Both the position numbers and the translations under genes were made by a program. Below the pieces are notes generated by a model. The model ran no database searches. It saw nothing but the letters and a program-made list of their open reading frames with translations, and had not been told where the DNA came from. From Actinomycetota bacterium (GTDB lineage Bacteria; Actinomycetota; Actinomycetes; S36-B12), in contig JAPOJD010000001.1 of NCBI GenBank assembly GCA_029978585.1, positions 1-56,489 of the forward strand: a DNA stretch of 56,489 bases, given 5' to 3'. The first letter of the stretch is position 1. Every line of letters starts with the position of its first letter. Of the stretch, positions 8,958-19,796 are shown one piece after another.

Positions 8958-9012
8958 TCGATGTCGGTCGCATCAGGCGGAGCTGGCGCGGCTTCCGCCG
9001 CCCACAGGACCG

Positions 9013-9059
9013 AAATAAACGAAGTCCCGGGACACCCGTTAACGATGTCCCGGGACTTC
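9013..9059 (-). terminator. Intrinsic terminator of the tRNA Gly-Cys-Val operon
   Basis: 14-bp inverted repeat GAAGTCCCGGGACA/TGTCCCGGGACTTC followed by GTTTATTT on the minus strand. Confidence 0.8.
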
Positions 9060-9066
9060 ACAACGG

Positions 9067-9139
9067 TGGGCGATACAGGATTTGAACCTGTGACCTCTTC
9101 CGTGTCAAGGAAGCGCGCTAGCCCCTGCGCCAATCGCCC
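9067..9139 (-). tRNA. tRNA-Val(GAC)
   Basis: Cloverleaf with anticodon arm CTTCC-TTGACAC-GGAAG and T-loop GGTTCAAATCC. Confidence 0.95.
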
Positions 9140-9169
9140 GTGTGCCGTGCTCATTGCGGTGGTGCGTCG

Positions 9170-9240
9170 AGGTGGAGACGGGATTCGAACCCGTGTAGAC
9201 GGCTTTGCAGGCCGTTGCCTCGCCTCTCGGCCACTCCACC
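9170..9240 (-). tRNA. tRNA-Cys(GCA)
   Basis: GGTGGAG acceptor, ACGGC-CTGCAAA-GCCGT, GGTTCGAATCC, U discriminator. Confidence 0.95.
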
Positions 9241-9265
9241 AGAGGCCTCGGGTGAGGACCCTTCG

Positions 9266-9338
9266 AGCGGACGACGGGACTCGAACCCGCGACCCTCACC
9301 TTGGCAAGGTGATGCGCTACCAACTGCGCTACGTCCGC
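9266..9338 (-). tRNA. tRNA-Gly(GCC)
   Basis: GCGGACG acceptor, CACC-TTGCCAA-GGTG, GGTTCGAGTCC. Confidence 0.95.
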
Positions 9339-9489
9339 GCTGGGGGAGCCGCGAGCGCGGGGCTGCTGCCCTCGTCGATTCCACCGGGAACAAGACGATA
9401 GCCGACCTGAGGTGCGGCGCCCAAGGCGCCCCTGAAGCCGCGTCCTCCGACCGGCCCCCGGAGGCCTCCCCGTCCCCCACAATGTCGTC

Positions 9490-10587
9490 ATGGCACCTGC
9501 CCTCGACCCAAGCGCTCCGTGCGCCCGGCTCGGTGGGCTCGTGGCGTCGGGCCTGGTCTCCGTGAGCAGCGACCTCGATGTCCTCGACACCGAGGGGCGA
9601 TGGGCTGTGCTGCTCCCGTACGACGGCGCGCCGGTGCTGGCGCGCTTCGAGCGCTGGGAGCCCGGACCGCCGGATGACGTCGCGGGGGAGTTGGCGGGCC
9701 CCGCAGACTGGCACTCGTCCATGGACCGGGACGCGTACGTCGATGCCGTGGAGGAGGTGCGCGAGCGCATCGCTGCCGGCGACGTCTACCAAGCCAATGT
9801 CTGCAGGGTCCTGGCCGCAACGCTCCCGGATCCGGCCCGCAGCGACATCGGGGGACTCCATGCCCTCCTTGAGCGCGGCAATCCGGCGCCGTACTCAGGG
9901 ATGCTGCGCTTGCCCGACCAGGGCGTCCACGTGGCGACCGCCTCGCCAGAGCTGTTCCTCCGTCTCGTTCCTGATCCTGAGGGCGCGCGGACGATCGCAT
10001 CAGGTCCGATCAAGGGCACCGGACGATCGCCCGAGGACCTCTCGGACAAGGACCGGGCGGAGAACGTCATGATCGTCGACCTCGTGCGCAACGACCTGTC
10101 GCGGGTGTCGCAGCCGGGCACGATCTCGGTGCCCGATCTGCTTGTGCTGGAGCGGCATCCGGGGCTCGTCCACCTGGTATCCCGCGTTCAGGGCCGCCTG
10201 AGGGATGGGGTGTCCTGGCCGGACATCGTCGAGGCATCGTTCCCGCCCGGCTCTGTCACGGGTGCCCCCAAGATCGCGGCGCTGCGCATCATCGACGAGG
10301 TCGAGCCCGCTCCCCGGGGCCCCTACTGCGGTGCCTTCGGTTGGGTCGATGCTGACCTTGGCGCTGCCGAGCTCGCCGTGAGCATCCGCACCTTCTGGCG
10401 GGATGGAGTAACGCTGAGGTTCGGCACCGGCGCGGGAATCACCTGGGGGTCGGACGCGCAGCGGGAGTGGGACGAGACCGAACTCAAGGCGTCGCGGCTG
10501 ACTGCCCTCGCCGCGGGATGCTGGCCCCTGCCGACGACACCGAACATAGAAGCCGTGGAGAACTCGTCGATGGGAAGTCCCGTATGA
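9490..10587 (+). CDS. Chorismate-binding enzyme (PabB/TrpE component I-like)
   Basis: GDVYQAN, SPELFL, PIKGT, AENVMIVDLVRNDL, FPPGSVTGAPK, RGPYCG, IRT. Confidence 0.85.
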   Translation: MAPALDPSAPCARLGGLVASGLVSVSSDLDVLDTEGRWAVLLPYDGAPVLARFERWEPGPPDDVAGELAGPADWHSSMDRDAYVDAVEEVRERIAAGDVYQANVCRVLAATLPDPARSDIGGLHALLERGNPAPYSGMLRLPDQGVHVATASPELFLRLVPDPEGARTIASGPIKGTGRSPEDLSDKDRAENVMIVDLVRNDLSRVSQPGTISVPDLLVLERHPGLVHLVSRVQGRLRDGVSWPDIVEASFPPGSVTGAPKIAALRIIDEVEPAPRGPYCGAFGWVDADLGAAELAVSIRTFWRDGVTLRFGTGAGITWGSDAQREWDETELKASRLTALAAGCWPLPTTPNIEAVENSSMGSPV

Positions 10588-11417
10588 GGTTCTGGGTGTC
10601 TGATGCGGGAGGCCTGGTGGACGCGGCGGACGCGCGGGTCTCCGTGCTCGACCACGGGTTCACCGTGGCCGACGGTGTCTTCGAGACGCTCAAGGTCGTC
10701 CACGGGACGGCGTTCGCGCTCTCCCGGCATCTTGACCGGCTGGAGCGATCCGCGGCGCGCATGGGGCTGCCCATCCCGCATCGAGACCGGGTCGCGGCTG
10801 CTGTCCACGAGACCACCGGGGCCAACCGCAACGAGGTCGGCCCGCTCGGACGGCTGCGCATCACCTACACCGCGGGTCCGGGGGAGTTAGGCAGCGACCG
10901 GGGCGAGGAGGCCACGACCCTGGTCGTCGCCATTGCCGCGACGGCGCCGTGGCCGGACTCCGCGGCCGTGATCACCGTACCCTGGCCCCGCAACGAGCGA
11001 AGCCCGCTGGCGGGCGTGAAGTCGACCTCGTACGCCGAGAATGTGCTTGCCCTCTCCGAGGCCCGACGACACGGCGCCTCGGAGGCGCTGATGCCCGACA
11101 CCAGGGGGCGGCTGTGCGAAGGGACCGGATCCAACATCCTCGTCGTGATCGACGGGGTAGCCCTCACCCCGACCCTGGAGACCGGCTGCCTCCCCGGCAT
11201 CACGCGAGCTTTGGCCCTTGAATGGTGCGACATCGAGGAGCGCAACCTGCCGATCGAGGCGCTCTGGGAGGCTTCCGAGATCGCGCTCATGTCGTCCACC
11301 CGGGATATCCAGCCGGTGCATCGCGTGGATGACCACGCGGTGGCCGCGCCCGGGCCGGTGATCGGGCCCATGGCCGAGGCATTCCGTCGGCGGGCAGCGG
11401 CCGACGTCGATCCCTGA
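10584..11417 (+). CDS. Class IV PLP aminotransferase / aminodeoxychorismate lyase (PabC-like)
   Basis: DHGFTVADGVFET, KSTSY, EGTGSN, LPGITR; ATGA overlap. Confidence 0.85.
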   Translation: MRFWVSDAGGLVDAADARVSVLDHGFTVADGVFETLKVVHGTAFALSRHLDRLERSAARMGLPIPHRDRVAAAVHETTGANRNEVGPLGRLRITYTAGPGELGSDRGEEATTLVVAIAATAPWPDSAAVITVPWPRNERSPLAGVKSTSYAENVLALSEARRHGASEALMPDTRGRLCEGTGSNILVVIDGVALTPTLETGCLPGITRALALEWCDIEERNLPIEALWEASEIALMSSTRDIQPVHRVDDHAVAAPGPVIGPMAEAFRRRAAADVDP

Positions 11418-11465
11418 CCCGGCTCGAAGTCGCGGTACCACTTGAGTCACGGCTACCGTGGAGAC

Positions 11466-11972
11466 GTGACCGCTCCGCGGCCGGACGGCGACGACCCTGC
11501 CCCCGAGACGCGCCTGGAGCGCCTCGAGGACGAGGCCGAAGAGGCCGCTGAGCGGCTCGTCGAGGGGTTCGAGGGGACGGTCGACCGTGTCCTGCCTCCC
11601 CACGTGCGGGCGCGCGCCTGGGCTCGCCGGCGCCGCTCGACGCATGTTCTGTGGCAGGCCGGGGTGCTCATCCTCGGCTTCGGCCTTGTGTTCGCGGGGA
11701 TCGCCATGCTGGTCCTGCCCGGCCCCGGCTGGGCCGCGATCATCCTCGGGCTCATCGTTCTCGCGTCGGAGTACGCGTGGGCTCGCCGCCTCCTCGATCC
11801 CGTGAAGCGGTGGGCCCAGCGTGCCGCCGACGCTGCCCTGGACCCTCGGGTGCGCCGGCGTAACCTGGCCATCGCCGCCGTGCTCGTGGTGATCGCAGCC
11901 GTGGCCCTCGCGTGGTACCTCGTCGCGTACGGGTGGACCGTGCAGCCGGTGCTCGACCTGTGGCCGTGGTGA
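11466..11972 (+). CDS. PGPGW-domain (TIGR02611-like) membrane protein
   Basis: LVLPGPGW..LASEYAWA motif with TM helices. Confidence 0.75.
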   Translation: MTAPRPDGDDPAPETRLERLEDEAEEAAERLVEGFEGTVDRVLPPHVRARAWARRRRSTHVLWQAGVLILGFGLVFAGIAMLVLPGPGWAAIILGLIVLASEYAWARRLLDPVKRWAQRAADAALDPRVRRRNLAIAAVLVVIAAVALAWYLVAYGWTVQPVLDLWPW

Positions 11973-12014
11973 CGGGTCCGGTGCGATACCCTCGCGCAGG
12001 CGCCGTGCGCCGAC

Positions 12015-12086
<72 letters not shown>

Positions 12087-12093
12087 CAGGGAA

Positions 12094-12795
12094 CTAGGCC
12101 TGCTCCTGCGTCTGATGGGCGAGCCGCCATCGTCCGCCCGGGTCGGTCACGATCAGGTAGACGCTGAGGATCGCGACCCAGATGGGGAAGATGTACTCCA
12201 CGTAGTGAACCCCGAAGGGGACGAGCAGGAGGAACAGCCCCGTCAGCGTGCCCAGGATGGTGAGCCACGACGGCAGGAGTTTGCGCACGCGTCCGAACGT
12301 GGCAAGGGAGAGGCAGAAGACGGCTGCCATCCTTGCGGAGTAGTTGGCGAGGAGTGAGTTCACGGTCGTCCCGGGGATGATGCGTGACGAATCCGACAGG
12401 TCCAGGCCTACGGCGTAGGCCTCGAGTTCCGCGGAGGCGACCGCGCCTGCCACGAAGGCCAGGCCCACGAAGATGATCCCCGAGGCCAGGAACACCGTCG
12501 TGAAGAGGCGGTGGTCGGCGTGACCGAGGCTGTAGTTCAGGGCCGCCATGAACCAGATGAACGAGATCCCCACGTAGGGCAGGAGGATGAGTGCCCACCG
12601 TCCTCGATCGAGAGCCTCGGGAGTCGGGGCCGCCGACCCCTCCGTGATGACGTCCGTGGGAAACGCCGAGCGAAACAGGATCAGCACGGCGACGAGGGTG
12701 ACCGAGAAGATGAGCCCGGCGACAGCGGCCGAGCGGGCGGAGCGCAAGGAGTCCAAGAGACGCCCTTCGGGCAGGCTGCTGTCTCTGGCCGACAT
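12094..12795 (-). CDS. Hypothetical integral membrane protein (about 5-6 TM helices)
   Basis: Hydrophobic ORF with GC-typical codon usage; start MSARDS avoids overlap with thrS. Confidence 0.7.
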   Translation of the reverse strand: MSARDSSLPEGRLLDSLRSARSAAVAGLIFSVTLVAVLILFRSAFPTDVITEGSAAPTPEALDRGRWALILLPYVGISFIWFMAALNYSLGHADHRLFTTVFLASGIIFVGLAFVAGAVASAELEAYAVGLDLSDSSRIIPGTTVNSLLANYSARMAAVFCLSLATFGRVRKLLPSWLTILGTLTGLFLLLVPFGVHYVEYIFPIWVAILSVYLIVTDPGGRWRLAHQTQEQA

Positions 12796-12849
12796 GGCGG
12801 GGGCGATACCGTGGGCCGAAGCACGGACTCGACGAGGAGAGGCAGGACG

Positions 12850-14868
<2,019 letters not shown>

Positions 14869-14932
14869 GAACCGTCAGCGCAATGACCGCCGCCGACACC
14901 CGCATCGCGCACGTACGGCCGTGGTGCCGTCG

Positions 14933-15472
14933 ATGACCGGGGAGGTTCGACGGGACGACGGGGGCATGCCGGACCGCTGGGATCGCCTGTGGACTCCGCA
15001 TCGCCAGCCCTACCTCGCCGGCGAGAGCCGCCCGGCCCACGACGAGGCCGGAGATGAGTGCCCCTTCTGCCGGGCGGCGCAGCAACCGGCCGGGGAGGGG
15101 CTCGTGGTCCGCCGCGGCCAACTCGCGTATGTCGTGCTCAACCTGTTCCCCTACAACTCCGGGCACCTGCTCGTCTGCCCATACCGGCATGTCGCGGACT
15201 ACGCAGACCTCGGCGCGGACGAGGTCGCCGAGATCGGTCTGCTGACCCAGGAGGCGATGACCACCCTGCGCCGGGTGAGCCGAGCCCAGGGCTTCAACAT
15301 CGGAATGAACCAGGGCAAGGTGGGCGGCGCGGGGATCGCCGGTCACCTGCACCAGCACGTGGTGCCGAGGTGGGGGGGAGACACCAACTTCCTTCCCGTG
15401 GTCGGCCAGACCAAGACGATGCCGCAGCTGCTCGAGGAGACTTGCGGGCTCCTCACCGAGGCATGGGACTGA
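14933..15472 (+). CDS. HIT-family nucleotide hydrolase/phosphorylase (Ap4A phosphorylase-like)
   Basis: RLWTPHR, CPFC, NLFPYNSGH, HLHQHVVPRW; typical position after thrS. Confidence 0.88.
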   Translation: MTGEVRRDDGGMPDRWDRLWTPHRQPYLAGESRPAHDEAGDECPFCRAAQQPAGEGLVVRRGQLAYVVLNLFPYNSGHLLVCPYRHVADYADLGADEVAEIGLLTQEAMTTLRRVSRAQGFNIGMNQGKVGGAGIAGHLHQHVVPRWGGDTNFLPVVGQTKTMPQLLEETCGLLTEAWD

Positions 15473-15481
15473 GGGAGACTG

Positions 15482-15940
15482 ATGGCGAAGGTGACGGGCC
15501 CGCAGGGCGAGGACGCGCACGCGCTCCTCCGCCACGCGGGCGTGGAGTTACGCGAGGCACCCGGCATCGACGTCCCGGACGAGTGGCTGGCCGAGGTCCT
15601 CCCCGAGGGCGAGCGCGACGTGCGGGCCGAGATCGTCGCCGACCCACCGGCGCCGGGCGCCGAATTCGAGGGCATGGGTGCATGGCACGTCAATGCCCAG
15701 CGCGAGTGCCACCTCGTCAAGGGAGGCCGGGGGCTCCTGCAGGTGGTGACCGACGGGGGCATCGTCACCGTCGAGCTGGAGTCGGGAGACGTCATGATCG
15801 TCCGCGGGGCGGAGCACCGCTACCTGCCGGTCGAGGCCCAGGGCTGGGTCCTGCGCTGGTCGGGGGCGCCCGATGCCGGACTCGACCCGCGCGAAACGGG
15901 CCGTCAGGCCACGCCTTGGCCGGTTCCGCCGGGGGAGTGA
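15482..15940 (+). CDS. Cupin-fold protein, acireductone dioxygenase-like
   Basis: WHVNAQRECHLVKGGRG and ELESGDVMIVRGAEHRY cupin motifs; GGGAG RBS. Confidence 0.55.
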   Translation: MAKVTGPQGEDAHALLRHAGVELREAPGIDVPDEWLAEVLPEGERDVRAEIVADPPAPGAEFEGMGAWHVNAQRECHLVKGGRGLLQVVTDGGIVTVELESGDVMIVRGAEHRYLPVEAQGWVLRWSGAPDAGLDPRETGRQATPWPVPPGE

Positions 15941-15943
15941 TGG

Positions 15944-18085
15944 TCAGCCGGACGCGAGCGAACTCGCGACCTGGGCCGGCATCGGCTCATGACCGCGGTA
16001 TCTGCGCGTGAACGTCGCCGTCCCGTGAGCCAGGCTGCGCAGGTCAATCGCGTAGCGCGTGAGTTCGAGGCCGGGGACCTCCGCCGTGATGCGAGTTCGT
16101 CCCGGGCCCGCCCCTTCGCTCCCGGTCACGCGTCCGCGGCGACCTGAAAGGTCGGACATGACGGCTCCGACGTAGTCGTCGGGGACCACGACGAGGACCT
16201 CATCCACCGGTTCGAGCATAGCGACCTCGACCTTCCCGGCGGCGTCCTTGAGAGCGAGGCCTCCGGCCGTCTGGAAGGCCATATCGGATGAGTCGACCGA
16301 ATGTGCCTTGCCGTCGACGAGGGTCACGCGGATGTCGACGACCGGGTAGCCCGCGAGGACGCCCTTGGCCATCTGCGCGCGGACCCCCTTCTCGACCGAG
16401 GGAATGAACTGGCGAGGGACCGCCCCGCCGACGACCTTGTCGACGAACTCGAAGCCGGAGCCAGCGGGAAGCGGCTCGACCTCGATATCGCACACGGCGT
16501 ACTGGCCGTGGCCGCCCGACTGCTTGACCAGGCGCCCGTGTCCCGTGGCGGGGCGGGAGAAAGTCTCGCGGAGGGAGACCCGCATCGGCTCGGAGTCGAC
16601 GTTGACCCCATAGCGGTGGGTGAGGTGGTCCAGTACGACGTCCATGTGGGCCTCGCCCATGCACCACAGCACGATCTGGCCGGTCTCGGGGTTCCGCTCG
16701 AGGCGCAGCGTCGGGTCCTCGGCGACAAGGCGTGCCAGGCCCGCCGTGAGTTTGTCCTCGTCGGCACTGGAGTGGGCCACGACGGCGATCGGGAGCAGGG
16801 GATCCGGCATCGCCCACGGCTCGACCAGCATGGGTGCTTCCGGGCTGGAGAGCGTGTCACCGGTCTCCGCGTGGCCGAGTTTCGCCACGGCCACGATGTC
16901 GCCGGCAATCGCGGCGGGCACCGCGCGCTGGGCCTTGCCGAGCGGCGACACTATGCCGCCCACGCGCTCGTCGAGGTCGTGATCCTCATGGCCGCGATCA
17001 GCCATGAAGTGACCGGAGACGTGGAGCGTGGCGTCGGATCGCAGGGTGCCGGAGAAGACCCGCACGAGCGAAAGCCTCCCGACGTAGGGGTCGGAGGATG
17101 TCTTGACGACCTCCGCGCACAGGGGACCGGCGGGATCGCAGGACAGCGGGGCCAGGGGCTCGCCAGCCGGCGTCGTCACCGCGGGCAGCGGATGCTCCAG
17201 CGGCGATGGGAACCCGCGCGTCAGCACCTCGAGGAGCTCCGTCATGCCGAACCCAACCGGGCTCGTGGCGGTGACGAGGACCGGGAAGAAGTGACCTCGC
17301 GCGACCGCGGTCTCGAGGTCGGTCACGAGCGTGTCGAAGGGAATCTCCTCGCCCGCGAGGAAGCGGTCCATGAGGGTTTCGTCCTCCGACTCGGTGATGA
17401 TCCCCTCGATCAGTGCGGTGCGGGCATCCTCGACGAGGTCGATGTGCTGAGGGTCAGGAGCGCGTTCTTGAGCCTCGCCGGTCGAGTAGTCGAAGATGCG
17501 TTGCGAGAGCAGTCCGATGAGGCCCGCCACATGCCCGTCGTCCGCGTGGAGCGGGAGGTACAGGGGGAGCACCCCCTGGCCTTCGCCGAACGTGCGCTGG
17601 CACGCCTCGACGGTGCCCTCGACATCAGCGCGTTCGCGGTCGGCCTTGGTGATGACGACCGCCCGGGGCATTCCGACGGCGGCGCACTCGTCCCACAGCA
17701 TCGCCGTGGCGCCGTCGATGCCGTCGACCGCCGACACAACGAAGAGCGCGGCATCGGCCGCACGAAGGCCGGCCCGAACGTCACCCACGAAGTCGGCGTA
17801 GCCGGGGGTGTCCAGGAGGTTGATGCGAACCCCTTCCCAGTCGAGCGGGACGAGATTCAGCGACACCGAGCGCTGCTGGCGCCTCTCAGCGTCATCGGTG
17901 TCGGACAGTGTGGTGCCATCCTCCACTGTCCCGGGCCGGGGGATGGCGCCCGTCGCGAGGGCGAGCCGCTCGACCAGGGTGGTCTTGCCGGCGTGGCTCG
18001 GCCCCACGAGGACCACATTGCGGATGGCGCCCGGGTCGGCCGGCGCCCTGGTGGCTTGATCTCGCCCTGCGGATCCCTGTGCCAT
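15944..18085 (-). CDS. fusA2: Elongation factor G-like protein EF-G2
   Basis: IRNVVLVGPSHAGKTT, DTPGY, EDPTL, KQSGGHGQY, HSVDSSDMAF. Confidence 0.92.
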   Translation of the reverse strand: MAQGSAGRDQATRAPADPGAIRNVVLVGPSHAGKTTLVERLALATGAIPRPGTVEDGTTLSDTDDAERRQQRSVSLNLVPLDWEGVRINLLDTPGYADFVGDVRAGLRAADAALFVVSAVDGIDGATAMLWDECAAVGMPRAVVITKADRERADVEGTVEACQRTFGEGQGVLPLYLPLHADDGHVAGLIGLLSQRIFDYSTGEAQERAPDPQHIDLVEDARTALIEGIITESEDETLMDRFLAGEEIPFDTLVTDLETAVARGHFFPVLVTATSPVGFGMTELLEVLTRGFPSPLEHPLPAVTTPAGEPLAPLSCDPAGPLCAEVVKTSSDPYVGRLSLVRVFSGTLRSDATLHVSGHFMADRGHEDHDLDERVGGIVSPLGKAQRAVPAAIAGDIVAVAKLGHAETGDTLSSPEAPMLVEPWAMPDPLLPIAVVAHSSADEDKLTAGLARLVAEDPTLRLERNPETGQIVLWCMGEAHMDVVLDHLTHRYGVNVDSEPMRVSLRETFSRPATGHGRLVKQSGGHGQYAVCDIEVEPLPAGSGFEFVDKVVGGAVPRQFIPSVEKGVRAQMAKGVLAGYPVVDIRVTLVDGKAHSVDSSDMAFQTAGGLALKDAAGKVEVAMLEPVDEVLVVVPDDYVGAVMSDLSGRRGRVTGSEGAGPGRTRITAEVPGLELTRYAIDLRSLAHGTATFTRRYRGHEPMPAQVASSLASG

Positions 18086-18223
18086 GTCAGCCTCCCGTCC
18101 TCCGGAGCGCCGCCTGGGGTGGCGCCCCGGGCCTCGCCGGTCGGTTCCGTGCCCCAGCCTGCCAGCAGGAGGGTGATCCGTCCCACGAAACGGTGGAGCA
18201 GGACCAGGCCCTAGCATCGAGCC

Positions 18224-18288
18224 GGGCAGGAATCCGGCGGGAATCCGGCAGGAGTCGGGCGGAGTCGGGCAGGAGTCGGGCAGGAGTC
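18224..18288. repeat. Six tandem copies of an 11-nt unit (G/C)GGCAGGA(G/A)TC
   Basis: Units start at 18224, 18235, 18246, 18257 (10 nt), 18267 and 18278. Confidence 0.85.
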
Positions 18289-18291
18289 CAT

Positions 18292-18906
18292 GTGCTGAAC
18301 AACCCCGCGGCCCGCAAGGTGTCCGCCGTCGTGATCGAGCCCATCGCCCGGCTCCTCCTGCGACTTCACATCTCGCCCGATGCCGTGACCGTGGTGGGCA
18401 CGGCGGTCACCTGCACGGCTGCCCTCGTGTTCTTCCCGCGCGGCGACTTCGTGCCGGGAGTCCTCATCATCGCCGCGGCGGTGCTGTGCGACCTCCTGGA
18501 CGGGACCATGGCGCGCCTGTCCGGCCGAGCCGGGCCATGGGGCAACTTCCTGGACGCCACCCTCGATCGCGTGGCCGACGGCTGCGTGTTCGGCGCCCTC
18601 GTCCTCTGGTCGGTGACGACGGGCAACCCCTGGACCGTGGCGGCCGCCCTGACCTGCCTGGTCGGCGGCCAGGTGATCTCCTACGCGAAGGCGCGCGCGG
18701 AGGCAGTGGGTGCCACCGCGAACGTTGGGATCGCCGAACGCGCTGAGCGCCTCATCGTCGTCCTGGCGGCAGCCTTCCTCGCCGGGCTCGGGGTGCCCTA
18801 CGTGCTTCCGGCGGCCCTGGGCATCCTGGCCATCCTCAGCGTCGTGACCGTGGTCCAGCGCATCATCGTCGTGCGATCGCAGTTGCGTCAGCAGGATGTG
18901 ACGTGA
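18292..18906 (+). CDS. pgsA: Phosphatidylinositol phosphate synthase (CDP-alcohol phosphatidyltransferase)
   Basis: DLLDGTMAR..G..LDATLDRVAD motif, SYAKARAE, ERAER. Confidence 0.9.
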   Translation: MLNNPAARKVSAVVIEPIARLLLRLHISPDAVTVVGTAVTCTAALVFFPRGDFVPGVLIIAAAVLCDLLDGTMARLSGRAGPWGNFLDATLDRVADGCVFGALVLWSVTTGNPWTVAAALTCLVGGQVISYAKARAEAVGATANVGIAERAERLIVVLAAAFLAGLGVPYVLPAALGILAILSVVTVVQRIIVVRSQLRQQDVT

Positions 18907-19796
18907 GCGTTCGAGACGCCATCACCGAGGCGGGTTTCGGCGTCGGGTGGACGGCGATCAAGGCCATGCCGGACCCCGCGGCGCGACGCATGTTCGACGC
19001 CATCGCAGAGCGGACCTACTCCCGTCAGGGTCAGGGCGTGCGGCAGTTGCGCGCCAACCTCTCCCGGGTTATCGACGACGAGCAACTCCCCATGCTCGAC
19101 GACATCACACGGGACGCCGTGCACCGCTACATGCGGTACTGGTGCGAGACCTTCAGACTGCCGGCGTGGAGCCGCACCGAGGTCGTCGACCGATTCCTCG
19201 TCGAGGGCCGCGAGATCCTCGACAACCTGCAGTCCGAGGGCCGCGGAGCCATCATCGTCAGCCCCCACATGGGCAACTGGGACCACGCCGCTGCGTGGGC
19301 GGCCATCACGTACGGCGGTCTCGATACCGTCGTCGAACGCCTCAAGCCGGAGGGACTGTACGAGAAGTTCCTGGCGTATCGCCGCGGCCTGGGAATGGAT
19401 GTCCACCCGCTCGGCGACCCCGACATCGTGCGCGACCTCGCTCGAAGCCTGCAGCGCGGGCGGCTCGTCTGCCTCCTGGCTGATCGGGATCTTTCGCACG
19501 CGGGCGTTCCGGTGGACTTCTTCGGCGACCTGGCCACGATGCCCGCGGGGCCGGCCATGCTGTCGCTCATGACCGGCGCTCCGATCGTGCCTGTCGTCGT
19601 GTGGCACTCCGAACTCGGGACGCACGGTCGTATCGAGGAGCCCCTGGACCTGCCGTCGGAGGGGAGTCGGCGCGACCGTGTCCAGGCAATCACCCAGATG
19701 ATCGCCCATGCGTTCGAGCGTTCGATCGGCGCGCATCCGGCGGACTGGCACATGATGCAGCCCCTGTGGAGCGCCGACCTAGGCCCGCGCCGATGA
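18903..19796 (+). CDS. patA: Phosphatidylinositol mannoside acyltransferase
   Basis: HMGNWD, LLADRD, DWHMMQP; synteny with pgsA and pimA. Confidence 0.88.
   Translation: MSVRDAITEAGFGVGWTAIKAMPDPAARRMFDAIAERTYSRQGQGVRQLRANLSRVIDDEQLPMLDDITRDAVHRYMRYWCETFRLPAWSRTEVVDRFLVEGREILDNLQSEGRGAIIVSPHMGNWDHAAAWAAITYGGLDTVVERLKPEGLYEKFLAYRRGLGMDVHPLGDPDIVRDLARSLQRGRLVCLLADRDLSHAGVPVDFFGDLATMPAGPAMLSLMTGAPIVPVVVWHSELGTHGRIEEPLDLPSEGSRRDRVQAITQMIAHAFERSIGAHPADWHMMQPLWSADLGPRR

Noticed and set aside
8961..9401. ORFs spanning the tRNA cluster
   Set aside because: They translate tRNA sequence and are spurious
16301..18214. 637-aa antisense ORF, and similar ones at 24962-26557, 29387-30649, 37765-39096, 44302-45558 and 48488-49996
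   Set aside because: Shadow ORFs opposite well-supported genes, expected from GC3 bias, with no motifs
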